Source of the DNA: an uncultured Gemmatimonadales bacterium
GTDB lineage: Bacteria > Gemmatimonadota > Gemmatimonadetes > Longimicrobiales > Gaopeijiaceae
Direction of reading: 5' to 3'
Length of the DNA stretch: 64,000 nt
Assembly (NCBI GenBank): GCA_963823035.1
Contig: CAWGKG010000023.1
Coordinates: forward strand, 128,001 to 192,000
The notes under the pieces are model-generated. The model searched no databases. It had not been told where the DNA came from and was given only the letters and a program-made list of their open reading frames with translations. A program made the translations under genes and the position numbers. Below, in pieces: positions 20,220-31,169 of the stretch (the stretch's first letter is position 1; each line of letters begins with the position of its first letter).

Positions 20220-22979
20220 CGCTCGTCCCTCGCTCGCATGCGGAAGTTCATCTGGACCCGGGCACCGGGCCGGACGTCGAAGATCGTGTCCACCGGCATC
20301 ATCGCCGGGTTCTCGAGGCGAAGACGGTGCCTCCCCGCAGAGAGCGCAACGTCGAGCGAAGTTCGCTCACCGCGCGCCACCCCGTCCACGAAGACGTTGG
20401 CCCACGGGAGGATCTGCAACACGAGCTGGCCGTCCGCAACGCGCGGCGCCGGGCGGCGCACGTCCACGGTCACCTCGTGGCTGACCCCACCCGCGCTCGC
20501 CGTGACCACGGCCCGCCCCACGCCCCGCCCCGTCACCTGACCGCTCCGGTCGACCTCGGCCACCGCCGAGGAGGACGACAGCCAGCGCACCGGCTCGTCG
20601 GTGACCGGCCGCCCCGCCCGGTCCGTGACCGTGGCCTCCAGCGTGACGGCGTCCCCGAGGTCCAGGTCGATGCCCGTCACGGAGGCGGTGTCGCCCTGCC
20701 TGTGGAGCGCCACCGCGGCCACGCCGGCCTCGACGGTCACCGCCACCTCCCGGCTCACGCCCTCCACCCTCGCCACGACCCGGGCGCTTCCGCCGGCCAC
20801 CCCGACGAGCATGCCACTCGGCGCCACGGAGGCCACCGCCGGGTCGCTCGAGCTCCATGCGACGGGGCGGTCCAGCGCGGCGCCGTCCGCGTCCGCGGCG
20901 GACGCGCTCAGGCCGATCGAATCGCCGAGCATGAGGCGGAGCGGATCGGAGGCGGCCGCACCGTCCGCAGTCAGGATGCGTACCTGCGCGACGGTCGGCT
21001 CGGGCTCCGACCGGTGCGTCACCCACCACCCCCCCGCGACCAGCGCGAGGAGGACGACGGGAACGCCCACCACCAGACGGCGCGGGAGCGGCGTGGATCC
21101 GACCGCGGCCTCTCCGGCCGCACCCAAGCCTGCCGGGGTGGGCGGGGACGCGGCGTACGAGGGCGTCGGCGCCGAGGTGGCGGCCCCTCCCCGTGTCGCC
21201 CGCTCGGCCGGAGCCGACGTCGGTGGCGGCGCCGCGCCGGTCGCGAGAGCGGCCGTCTGCCCGGTCGCGACGACGCGCACCACGCTGGCGCTTCCCACGC
21301 CTTCGCAGTGGGCGATGACGCTCACGTTCCCGTTCTTCTTCGCGGTCACCACACCGTCCGCCGAGACGGTGGCCGTGCGCGGATCGCTGGACGACCAGCT
21401 CACGGGGCGTTCGAGCATCTGGCCGCGCTTGCCCCGCGGACGCGCCGTGAGCCGCACGCTCGACCCGACCTCCACGGAAAGGTCGCCCGGCTCGATCGCG
21501 ATCTGCACGACCTGGGGCGGCTTCACGTCGACCTGCACCATCTCGCTGAGGCCCACCCCCGCGGCCTTGATGAGCGCGGAGCCCGGCGCCACCGCCACGA
21601 GCTGTCCCGTGGACGGGTCCACCTGTGCGATCGACGGGTTGGTGGACTCCCAGCGCACCTCGCTGCCCGGCTCCTCGGCCCCGTCCGGGAAGAGGACCTT
21701 GGCCTGCAGGCTCAGCTCGTCGCCGACCTCCAGGTCGTCCGGATGCGGGATGATGCGGATCGACGTGGGCGTGCGCCGCGTGTCGCCGCGGCCGGCGGCG
21801 TCGCCCGTGGACGCGCCCGCGCCCGCCTTCATCACGAGCGCGGCGATCTCCTCGATCGCGGGGTCGTCGGGGGCGGGCGGCCTGAGACCCAGCGCCTTGA
21901 TCGCGTCCACGATGTCGGGCCAACGGTCGCCCGGGAGCTTGCCGAGCATGCGCTCCGTCGCGGCCGCGAGCTCGGGCGGGCAGTCGGGGCGGGCCGCTCG
22001 GATCGAGGGCACCGGGTCGGTCTGGTGCGCCATCAGCACCTGGTAGAACGGCCCGGTGAAGGGCGGCGCGCCGGTGAGCATCGCGTAGAGGACGCACCCC
22101 AGCGAGTACTGGTCGGACTCGTGCGTCACCGTGTGCCCGCGGCACTGCTCCGGGCTCATGTACTCGGGCGTTCCCATGACCAGCCCGGTCCGCGTCAGCC
22201 CGCTCGGGGTCTCGCTGACCTTCGAGATGCCGAAGTCCATCACGATGGCCAGGCCCTCGGTGTCGAGCATGATGTTCGAGGGCTTGATGTCCCGGTGGAC
22301 GATGCCCCGCCCCGGCCGGTGGGCGTACGAGAGCGCCACGCCCACCCGATAGAGGATGGCTTCCACGGCGGGGATCGAGAGCGGGCCCTGGGTGCGCAGG
22401 ATGCGGCTCAGCGACACGCCCTCGATGAAGTCCATCACGAAGTAGTGCAGGCCGCCCGACGCGCCCGACGTCGTACACGCTGACGATCGCCTCATGGCGT
22501 AGCGACGCGATGGTGCGTGCCTCGCGCTGGAAGCGCTGGACCATCGCCTCGTCCGTCAGCCAGCTCGGCGACAGGACCTTGATCGCGACGTTCCGGTCCA
22601 GCTCACGGTCCCTCGCCATGAAGACGATGCCCATCCCCCCGCGTCCCAGCTCGCGCACGAACCCGTACTTCCCGCCGCTGCTCTCGGTGACGCGCAGCGG
22701 GAGGGACGTCCACGCGTCGCCGAACATCGAGCTCGCGTCCTCGGCGCCGTGGCGGGCACCGCACGTGGAGCAGTACAGGTCGCCCGGGAGCACGGGGCTG
22801 TTGCAGCTCCCGCACATGACGCGCTCGCCCGTCGGGATCGTGCGCCGCGCGAGCGATCGGCGGGCCTCGCCGGTGCGCCCGTCGCGGGTCTGGATGCGGG
22901 TACCGCACGAGCTGCAGAACGCGTCCTCGGCGAAGATCCCGCGCCCACACGACGGGCACGAGTCGGTACGCTGCTCCAT
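20216..22979 (-). CDS. Membrane Ser/Thr kinase: double zinc ribbon, kinase, Big_2 x2, TM, Big_2 x2, PEGA; frame break near 22460
   Basis: Four CxxC pairs, LGRGGMG, VAIK, HRDIKPSN, DFG, GTPEYMSPEQ; W.SS[DN]P..A.V repeats. Confidence 0.92.
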
Positions 22980-23299
22980 GAACCCCGGGGTGAAGGCGAC
23001 GCGAGACTCACGCTCTTTCGAGCGCGGGGAGGGCCTGCAAGTCGCTTGCATGAAGGCCGTTGCCGGCAGAATAGACCGCGCGCCTCGCGCCGGTCAAGGA
23101 TCGCCGGAGGGTCCGCCGGGGGCGCGGAACCCCCTTCCGCGACCGCCGCGCGCGAGCTCGACGACGGAGCGCCGGCACCTGCCTTCGCCCTCACCCCGCG
23201 GCAGCGGGGTCGCGCGTGCTCCCCTTCTTCGGCGACCTGCTAGATTCGGAGCACCCCTCCCGTTCCGGCTCCCTCCTCCGCCCCACCCGGGAGGTTCCG

Positions 23300-24073
23300 G
23301 TGGGAGAGATCGTCCCCGTCTGGATGGTGGCGGCGTTGACGCCGCTGATCCTGCTCGTGGCTGGTGCGTACGCCTCGGTCGGCCTGGGCGGCGGTACCGG
23401 CTATCTGGCGATCATGTCGCTGTTCGGCCTCCCTCCCCACGTCCTGGCGCCGACAGCCCTCCTGCTGAACATCCTCGTGACGGCCGTCGCCCTCGTGCGC
23501 TTCGGCGTCGCCGGCAGGCTGCGGTGGCGCCTCCTCCTTCCCTTCCTCCTCCCGGCGCTGCCGGCGGCCTTCCTGGGCGGGCTGGTGAGCGCCGACCGTC
23601 GTCTGTTCATGGGGGTGCTCGCCGCCACGCTGGTCCTGGCCGCCCTCGCGATGCTGCGCTCGGCCCCGCGCGCCGGCGAGCGCGCCGACCTCCCGGACCC
23701 GACGCGGCTCCACGCGATCGCGATCCCGGCCGGGCTGGCGATCGGCTTCGTCTCCGGCTTCCTGGGGATCGGCGGTGGCGTCTTCCTCGGTCCGCTCGTG
23801 CTGCTCCTGGGATGGGCGGGGCCCCGACAGGTCGCCGCGATGAACGCCATGCTCATCCTGGTCGTGTCGGCCGTGGCGCTCGCGGCGCACGGGCTCAGGG
23901 AAGGCATCGACGTCCGTGTCGCCCTCCCCCTCGGTGCCGCGGCGCTCGTCGGGGGGCTGATCGGCGCGACGCTGGCCGAGAAGAAGCTGTCCTCGGGCCA
24001 GCTCCAGGGCCTCTTCGCCGTCATCGTGCTGATCGCGGCCGCCCGCGCCGCGTGGGAGGCGCTGGCCGGATAG
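23300..24073 (+). CDS. Sulfite exporter TauE/SafE family membrane protein
   Basis: YASVGLGGG and GFVSGFLGIGGGVFLGP motifs; multiple TMs; GGAGG RBS before GTG 23300. Confidence 0.9.
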   Translation: MGEIVPVWMVAALTPLILLVAGAYASVGLGGGTGYLAIMSLFGLPPHVLAPTALLLNILVTAVALVRFGVAGRLRWRLLLPFLLPALPAAFLGGLVSADRRLFMGVLAATLVLAALAMLRSAPRAGERADLPDPTRLHAIAIPAGLAIGFVSGFLGIGGGVFLGPLVLLLGWAGPRQVAAMNAMLILVVSAVALAAHGLREGIDVRVALPLGAAALVGGLIGATLAEKKLSSGQLQGLFAVIVLIAAARAAWEALAG

Positions 24074-24092
24074 CAGCCGGCCCCGCCGGTCG

Positions 24093-26756
24093 TCACTCCC
24101 GGTTCAGCACCTCGATCGGGTCCACCGTGGCCGCGCGTCGGGCGGGCAGCCACGCGGCAAGCGCGCCCAGGGCGGGCAGGAGGATCGCTGCGGCCGCGTA
24201 GCTCAGCGGATCCAGCGGCCGGACCTCGTAGAGCATGGACGCCAGCACCCGGGAGGCGGCGAGGGCGACGCCCAGGCCGAGGAGCGTGCCGATGCCCACC
24301 GTGACGACGAAGGAGCGCGTCACCCGGAGCGACTCGCCGGCGGGGCGGGCACCGAGAGCGATGCGCACGCCGATCTCGCGCGTGCGCTCCTCGACCACGT
24401 GCGCCACCACCCCGAAGATGCCCACCGCCGCGAGGAGGACGGCGAGCGCCGCGAGCGCCGCCAGGAGCACCGCGCGTGCCCGGATCGGCGCCAGGATCTG
24501 CCAGCTCGCGCCCTCCAGCGTGCCGAGGCGTCCCACCACGAGGTCGGGGTCCACCGCGAGCGCCGCCTCGCGCATCCCCGCGGACGCGCCTCCCGCCCCG
24601 GCGCGGGCCAGCACCGACGCCGAGCCCGTCGTGAACTGGTCGATCGGAAGGTAGAGGTGCTCCTGCGGCTGGAGCGCGACCGCGAGCATGCGGGCGTCCG
24701 CCGCCACGCCCACGATCGTCGCCGACCGCTCGTCGTCTCCCCGCCCCACCACGACCTCGCGCCCGAGAGCGTCGCCGTCCGGAGCCAGGTGGCGCGCGAG
24801 GGACGCGTCCACGATCACCACGGTCGGATCGTCCGGTCCGTCGGCCGCAGTGAAGCCGCGGCCACGCAACAGAGGCAGCCCGAAGACCTCGAAGAAGTCG
24901 GCGCCCACGCGCGTGGCGGCGACCTCCGCGGCGTCCGCGGCGTCCGTCGCCCGGATCGGCTCCACGTTGGCCGTTCCGGCGGAGGGGAGGGGGTCCGCGA
25001 CGGTCGCGGGCGCGCCCACGCGCCTCGCCACCTCCTGGACCACCGACGCATAGAGCCTGCGGCGGTCCTCGCCGTCCGGGTAGCGGTCGGTGGAGGGCTG
25101 CAGCTCCACGAAGTCGAGCCCCGCCAAGGCGTACCCCGGATCGACGGCGGCCACCGCGGCCACGCTGCGCACCAGCAGCGTCGCGCCCGCGAGCAGCACG
25201 AAGGCCAGGCAGGACTCGGTCACCAGGAGGAGCCGCTGCGTTCGGCGCGTGCCCCGCGACGCCCCGCTGCGCCGACCTGCCCGGAGCGCGGACGCGGGAT
25301 GCGACCGCGAGGCGCGCCAGGCGATCGGCAGGCCGGCGCCGAAGGCGGCGAGCACGGTCGTCGACAGAGCGAAGGCGAGCACCGTCGGGTTGACGTGCGC
25401 GTCCGCCCCGCGCAGGAGGTCCACCGCGGCGAGCGACGCCATGAAGGGATGGAGGAGGACGGCGGCTCCGAGCACCCCCGCCCCGCCCCCCACCACGCAC
25501 AGCAGGAGCACTTCCGCCATCACCGTCCACGCGACCGCCACGCGCCCTCCTCCGAGAGCGCGGCGCACGGCCAGCTCTCCCTGTCGGTGCGAAGCGCGGG
25601 CGAGCACGAGGTTGGCCAGGTTCACCGCGGCCAGCACCACCACCAGCGCCACCGCGCCCATGAAGAGGGAGAGCCCGCCCTGGGCCTGACCGATGGCCTC
25701 CCCGCGACGCGACACCGCCCGCATCCCGGATCCCGCCAGCGCGCCGTCCGCCTCCCCGAGACGACGGGCGATCGCGTCGACCGCGTCGCTCACCTCGGCG
25801 ATGTCGGCTCCGTCCGCCACGCGGCCCACGCCGATCAGCACGGGCAGGCCCCGCGCCTCACGCTGCAGCCTCTCGGGAAGCGGGCTCCAGAGCTCCTGCT
25901 CCGGCGTGGGGAAGAAGAAGCCCGCGGGCATCACGCCGATCACGGTGTAGGGACTGCCGTCCAGGCGGAGCGGCCGGCCGACCACGTCCGGGTCGCGGCC
26001 GAAGGCATCCGTCCACAGCCGGTGCGAGATCACCACCACGGCCGCCCCGGAAGCGAGCTCCTCCCGTCCGGGAAGGCGCCCGAGCCGCGGCGCCACGCCG
26101 AGCGCCTCGAACACGCCCACCGAGACCGACGCCAGGGTGACGCGCCTGGCCCCCGCGTCGGTGCGAAGCACCACGTCGCTCGTGCCGGCGCCACCGATCG
26201 CCACCATCCCCGGGACGGACCGGACCGCGTCGATCTGCTCCAGCGAGACCGGATAGCGGTCCCAGAACTCCCGGAGCTGGGCGTTGTCCCCGTCACGCCA
26301 GGCGTCGTTGAGGCCGTACACCGTGACCACCCGGTCGGCGTCCGGATAGGGGAGCGTACGCGCGATCACGGCCTCCAGCGCCGAGAAGATCAGCGTGGCC
26401 GCGCCGATGCTCGCCGCGAGGGTCACGACGACCACGACGGCGAACCCCGGCCTGCGCGCCAGCGTCCGGACACCGATCCTGAGCTCCTCCCCGAACCTCC
26501 CCATCCGACCGCCTCCTTCCGCCATGGCCCGAACGCTCCTCCGCCTCGATCGGTGCAGCCGCCCCACGGCCCGGGCCAGGCTGCCGTAGGGGAGGCGGAG
26601 CACCTGTCCCCAGTACCAACCTCCCGCCCTCAGGGCACCCCGCTGGGCGTGGCGCCTCCGGTATCCCTCCTCCAGGTCCCCCGCGAGCGACTCCCCGACC
26701 TCGTGGGGAAGCAGGCGGCGCAGGAGGGCCTCGGCCAGCCGCGGCGGACGGGTCAC
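24093..26756 (-). CDS. Duplicated ABC-type orphan permease (ADOP; MacB_PCD/FtsX x2) with N-terminal prefix domain
   Basis: PPRLAEALLR..GDLEE..WYW, RRPGF..TLA, ELAVRRALG, RTREIGVRIALGA, WLPARRAATVDP; GTGA overlap with padR. Confidence 0.92.
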   Translation of the reverse strand: MTRPPRLAEALLRRLLPHEVGESLAGDLEEGYRRRHAQRGALRAGGWYWGQVLRLPYGSLARAVGRLHRSRRRSVRAMAEGGGRMGRFGEELRIGVRTLARRPGFAVVVVVTLAASIGAATLIFSALEAVIARTLPYPDADRVVTVYGLNDAWRDGDNAQLREFWDRYPVSLEQIDAVRSVPGMVAIGGAGTSDVVLRTDAGARRVTLASVSVGVFEALGVAPRLGRLPGREELASGAAVVVISHRLWTDAFGRDPDVVGRPLRLDGSPYTVIGVMPAGFFFPTPEQELWSPLPERLQREARGLPVLIGVGRVADGADIAEVSDAVDAIARRLGEADGALAGSGMRAVSRRGEAIGQAQGGLSLFMGAVALVVVLAAVNLANLVLARASHRQGELAVRRALGGGRVAVAWTVMAEVLLLCVVGGGAGVLGAAVLLHPFMASLAAVDLLRGADAHVNPTVLAFALSTTVLAAFGAGLPIAWRASRSHPASALRAGRRSGASRGTRRTQRLLLVTESCLAFVLLAGATLLVRSVAAVAAVDPGYALAGLDFVELQPSTDRYPDGEDRRRLYASVVQEVARRVGAPATVADPLPSAGTANVEPIRATDAADAAEVAATRVGADFFEVFGLPLLRGRGFTAADGPDDPTVVIVDASLARHLAPDGDALGREVVVGRGDDERSATIVGVAADARMLAVALQPQEHLYLPIDQFTTGSASVLARAGAGGASAGMREAALAVDPDLVVGRLGTLEGASWQILAPIRARAVLLAALAALAVLLAAVGIFGVVAHVVEERTREIGVRIALGARPAGESLRVTRSFVVTVGIGTLLGLGVALAASRVLASMLYEVRPLDPLSYAAAAILLPALGALAAWLPARRAATVDPIEVLNRE

Positions 26757-27088
26757 GCGCGCCCCGGCAGCCCGTCCGCGTCGTCCACGCCAAGCCACAT
26801 CCGTTCCAGCATCGCGCGCGTCCGTTCGAGGGCTTCCCTGCCCTCTTCGGTCACCCGGTAGAGGCGCTTCGCCTTTCCGCCCCGCTGCGACGTCGGCTCG
26901 CCGAGCTCGGAACCCACCAGTCCACGCTCTTCGAGGCGCACCATGGTGACGTAGATCGTCCCGAGCGACACCGAGCGGTCCGCGGTCTCCACGAGGTCGT
27001 CGAGCAGCGCGGCCGCGTACGCCCCCTGGCCGACGCGCAGGGTCGCGAGAAGGAGGAGCTGCTCGAGGTCCGTGAGATGCTGCGGCAT
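26753..27088 (-). CDS. PadR family transcriptional regulator
   Basis: LEQLLLLA..AY..VSLGTIYVTMVRLEERGLV..RGGKAKRLYRVTEEG. Confidence 0.92.
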   Translation of the reverse strand: MPQHLTDLEQLLLLATLRVGQGAYAAALLDDLVETADRSVSLGTIYVTMVRLEERGLVGSELGEPTSQRGGKAKRLYRVTEEGREALERTRAMLERMWLGVDDADGLPGRA

Positions 27089-27154
27089 CGGGTCGTAGCC
27101 GGGATGTGGCGCGCGGGTGGCACCGGCGAACTCGTCGTGCGCCCGGACACTTGT

Positions 27155-27175
27155 TATTCTTGAATTTGAAGAATA
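27155..27175. promoter_or_regulatory. AT-rich palindrome, probable PadR operator
   Basis: TATTCTT-gaatttg-AAGAATA, about 70 nt upstream of padR. Confidence 0.65.
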
Positions 27176-27271
27176 TAGGCGTCCGGGTCTTCGGGGAAGG
27201 TGCGGTAGCATGGACGCGGCGGCGCGCGGGCGTGTCTCCTACTTTGGGGCCGACCCCGAAGAGGAGAGCCC

Positions 27272-27985
27272 GTGGCGCGCGCGAACCGCCCCCGGTACAT
27301 GCACGACGCGGAAACGCACAATCGCCGCGCCGCACGTCGCGTGGTCCCCTGGATCATGGAGCGCCTCGGCCCGAAGACCGTCCTCGACGTGGGGTGCGGC
27401 CTCGGAACATGGGCCGCCGTCTTCCTGGAGCACGGGTGTGACGTGCTCGGCCTGGACGGCGGCTACGTGCCGACCGATCTCCTCGACATCCCGCGGGACC
27501 GCTTCCGCGAGGTCGATCTCGAGGGGGAGGTGGCGCCGCCCGGGCGCTTCGATCTCGCGATCTGCCTGGAGGTGGCCGAGCACCTCTCGGAGCGTGCGGC
27601 TCCGGGGCTCGTGGCGCTGCTCACGTCGGCCGCCGACGCGATCCTCTTCTCCGCAGCCGTGCCCGGCCAGGGCGGGGACAACCACCTGAACGAGCGCTGG
27701 CCCGCGTACTGGCAGGGGCTGTTCCGCGCCCGGGGCTTCGACTTCGAGGACGAGGTGCGTTGGGCCTTCTGGGACGACGACGAGGTCGACTGGTGGTACC
27801 GACAGAACATGTTCCTGGTACGGCGGGGCGCCTCCGCCGACGTGGCCGCGCGCTCCGTCGTGCACCCGGCCCTCCTGGCGAAGAAGATGCGCGCCGTCGA
27901 GGACTTCTACGCCGGGCGCGTTCCGCTGCGCACGGCGGCGATCGTCCTGGCGCGCGCGCTCGGACGCTCTCTCCGCGGTCGCTGA
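27272..27985 (+). CDS. Class I SAM-dependent methyltransferase
   Basis: VLDVGCGLGTW, FDLAICLEVAEHL, FSAAVPGQGG..HLNE; GAGGAG RBS. Confidence 0.9.
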   Translation: MARANRPRYMHDAETHNRRAARRVVPWIMERLGPKTVLDVGCGLGTWAAVFLEHGCDVLGLDGGYVPTDLLDIPRDRFREVDLEGEVAPPGRFDLAICLEVAEHLSERAAPGLVALLTSAADAILFSAAVPGQGGDNHLNERWPAYWQGLFRARGFDFEDEVRWAFWDDDEVDWWYRQNMFLVRRGASADVAARSVVHPALLAKKMRAVEDFYAGRVPLRTAAIVLARALGRSLRGR

Positions 27986-28069
27986 CCGGCCGCCCGCACC
28001 CCCCTTGCGGCCGGCGACGGCGCACCTCCGATTGGCCGCGAAGCCCGTTCCTCCGCTCGAGGAGTCTCG

Positions 28070-31000
28070 ATGATCCGCCGCCTCGTCCTCGCGGGCGCGC
28101 TCCTGGCGCTCGCTGCCGCTACGACCTCCGCGCAGTCCCCCGTCGACCAGGCCCTGAAGGGGCTGGACCTCCGCGAGATCGGGCCCGCCGTCATGGGCGG
28201 ACGCGTCGACGACGTGGAGGGCGTGGAGTCGGATCCCTCCACCCTCTTCGTCGGGATGGCGACCGGCGGGCTGTGGCGCACGACCAACCACGGCCAGACG
28301 TGGACGCCGCTCTTCGACGAGCAGCCGTGCACGACCATCGGGGACGTGGCGGTCTTCCAGGCCAACCCGAACGTGATCTGGGTGGGGACCGGCGAGCCGC
28401 AGAACCGGCAGAGCTCCACGTACGGCTGCGGGGTGTTCCGAAGCACCGACGGCGGCCGTAGCTGGACGGACCTCGGGCTCGAGGGCACGCGCCACGTCGG
28501 GCGGATCCGCCTCGACCCACGCGACCCGGACGTGGCGTACGTCGCGGCCGTGGGCCATCTCTTCGGTTCCAACGAGGAGCGCGGCGTCTACCGCACGCGC
28601 GACGGCGGAAAGAGCTGGCAGAAGGTCCTGTACGTGGACGAGAACACCGGCGTCATCGATCTCGCGATGGACCCGGGCGACCCCAACACCCTCTTCGCCG
28701 CGACGTACCAGCGCCGTCGCACCGTCTTCGGCTTCAGTGCCAGCGGCGGCGGTGGCGGCATCTGGCGCACCACGAACGGCGGAGACGCGCTGGACCCAGC
28801 TCACCGAGGGCCTGCCGAAGGGCGAGAAGGGACGCATCGGGCTCGACGTCTACCGTCGAGACGGCAACCTCGTCTACGCGAGCGTGGAGGCCGCGGGAGG
28901 CGAGGGGGGGCTGTACCGCTCCCGGGATCGCGGGGAGAGCTGGGAGAAGGTGAGCGACCGCAACCCGCGGCCGATGTACTTCAGCCAGGTGCGCATCGAC
29001 CCCAACAACCCCGACCGGATCTACATGGGCGGGGTGTCGTTCAACGTCTCCGACGACGGCGGGAAGACGTGGTGGGAGGGAGACGCGGCCGAGGGCGCGC
29101 ACGTCGACCATCACGCCATCTGGATCGACCCGTCCAACTCCGACCACGTGGTGATCGGCAACGACGGCGGCGTCGCGGCAAGCTGGGACGGCTCGAAGAA
29201 GTGGAGGCTCCTGAACAACTTCGCCATCGGCCAGTTCTACGAGGTCGGTTTCGACATGAGCGACCCGTACCGCGTGTGCGGCGGGTTGCAGGACAACAGC
29301 TCGTGGTGTGCCCCCAACCAGACCACCACGATCTACGGCCTGATGAACCGGGACTGGGTGGACGTGTGGGGCGGAGACGGCTTCTACAACCAGTTCGACC
29401 CCGAGGACTCGAATGTCCTCTACTCCGAGTCGCAGGGCGGCAACGGCGGGTGGGTGAACCTCACCACCGGCGAGTCCAAGCGCTTCCGCCCGGTCGCGCG
29501 CCCGACCGGAGACGAGCCGGACCGCGACTACCGCTTCAACTGGAACGCACCGATCGCCCCCTCCCGGCATCATCCCGGATGGGTCTATGTCGGAGGCGAC
29601 CACCTCATGCGCTCCCGCGACCGCGGCGCGACGTGGGAGGAGGCGAGCCCGGACCTGACGAAGCGGATCGACCGCGACACCCTCGAGATCATGGGCGCGC
29701 GCGTGACCCGCACCACCCTGTCCGGCAACGACGGCACGAGCAACTACGGGACCATCACCGTCGTCGAGGAGTCGCCGCTGTCGGGCGACGAGATCTGGGT
29801 GGGCACGGACGACGGCAACCTGCAGGTCACACGCGACGGCGGTACCACCTGGACGAACGTCGCCCCCAACGTCCAGGGGCTGCCCGCGCGATCGTACGTG
29901 AGCCGCATCGAGGCGTCGCACGCGCAGCCCGGACGCGTCTACGTCGCGTTCGACCGTCACTACCAGGACGACTACCGGCCGTACGTCTACGCGAGCGAGG
30001 ACTGGGGCGCCTCCTGGCGGCCGATCTCGGCCGGGCTGCCCGAGTGGTCGGTGAACGTCGTGCGCGAGCACCCCACCGAGCCGCGTCTCCTCTTCGTCGG
30101 CAATGAGATCGGGGTGTTCGTCTCCGTGGATCGGGGCGCGTCCTGGCACCGACTGCCCGACCTCCCGACGGTGAAGGTGAACGACCTCGCCGTGCACCCA
30201 CGGGACGACGACCTGATCGTGGCCACGCATGGCCGGAGCCTCTGGATCCTGGACGACCTCGCCCCCCTGCGGGCGATGGCCGACGCCGCGACGTTCGAAC
30301 AGGCGGTCACGCTCTTTCCCGTCGCCCAGGCCACCGAGTGGTTCCGCTCGGGCGGCTGGCCCTTCTGGGGAGACGCCTACCAGGGCGAGAACCCGCCGGA
30401 CGGCGCGCTCGTGCGCTACTGGGTGAAGGCCGACCACGAGGAGAAGGCCACGCTGACCGTGCGGTCCGCCACGGGCGAGATCCTCCGCTCGCTGGAGGGG
30501 CCCGCCGAGGCCGGGCTGCACCAGATCGTGTGGGACCTGCGCGAAAAGCCTCCCGTCGAGGTCGAGGCCGCGGGCGGTGGTGGCGGCGGCGGTGGCGGTG
30601 GCTTCGGTGGCGCCGTGCAGGGCCCGCTGGTCCTCCCGGGCACGTTCGTCGTCCACCTCGAGGTCGGCGACGCCGTGGCCGAGCAGACCGTGACGGTGCG
30701 CCTCGATCCGCGCGTCGAGCCCGACCCGACGGCCCTGCGCGCCCGCTACGACGCCGCGAAGAGCGCGGCCGCCATCGGCGGAACGATCCGCAACGCCCAG
30801 GGCGCGATCCGCAGGCTTCGCGATCAGCTCGACGACGCGAGGAAGCTCGTCCGGCAGAGCGACGCGGACAGCGCCCTCGCGGTCGCGGCCGACTCCCTCG
30901 GGACGCAGCTCGACTCGCTCGGCGCGCGCATCGGCCGCGCGAACCCCGGGCGGGCGGCCTCCGGCCTGGAGGGCGCCGCATCGGCGCCGAGCGCCGACGA

Positions 31001-31169
31001 GACGTGGGTGATCGACCGCGCGTGGCGCGAGGTACCACCGCTCGTGGAAGCGTTGAACCGCATCATCACGGACCGCATGCCGGCGTTCAACCGGCGGCTG
31101 GACCAGGCGGGCGTGCGGCCGTCGCCGGGCGAGCCCGTGGCGATGCCCCGCAGGCCGGGAGGCGGATGA
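28070..31169 (+). CDS. Secreted VPS10/sortilin-like BNR-repeat beta-propeller protein; frame break near 28785
   Basis: REIGPAVMGGRV, repeated S/T-x-DGG-x-[ST]W boxes, VCGGLQDN, YRFNWNAP, ATHGRS. Confidence 0.9.

Noticed and set aside
30575..30612. GGC/GGT repeat
   Set aside because: It encodes a Gly-rich loop within the VPS10-like protein.
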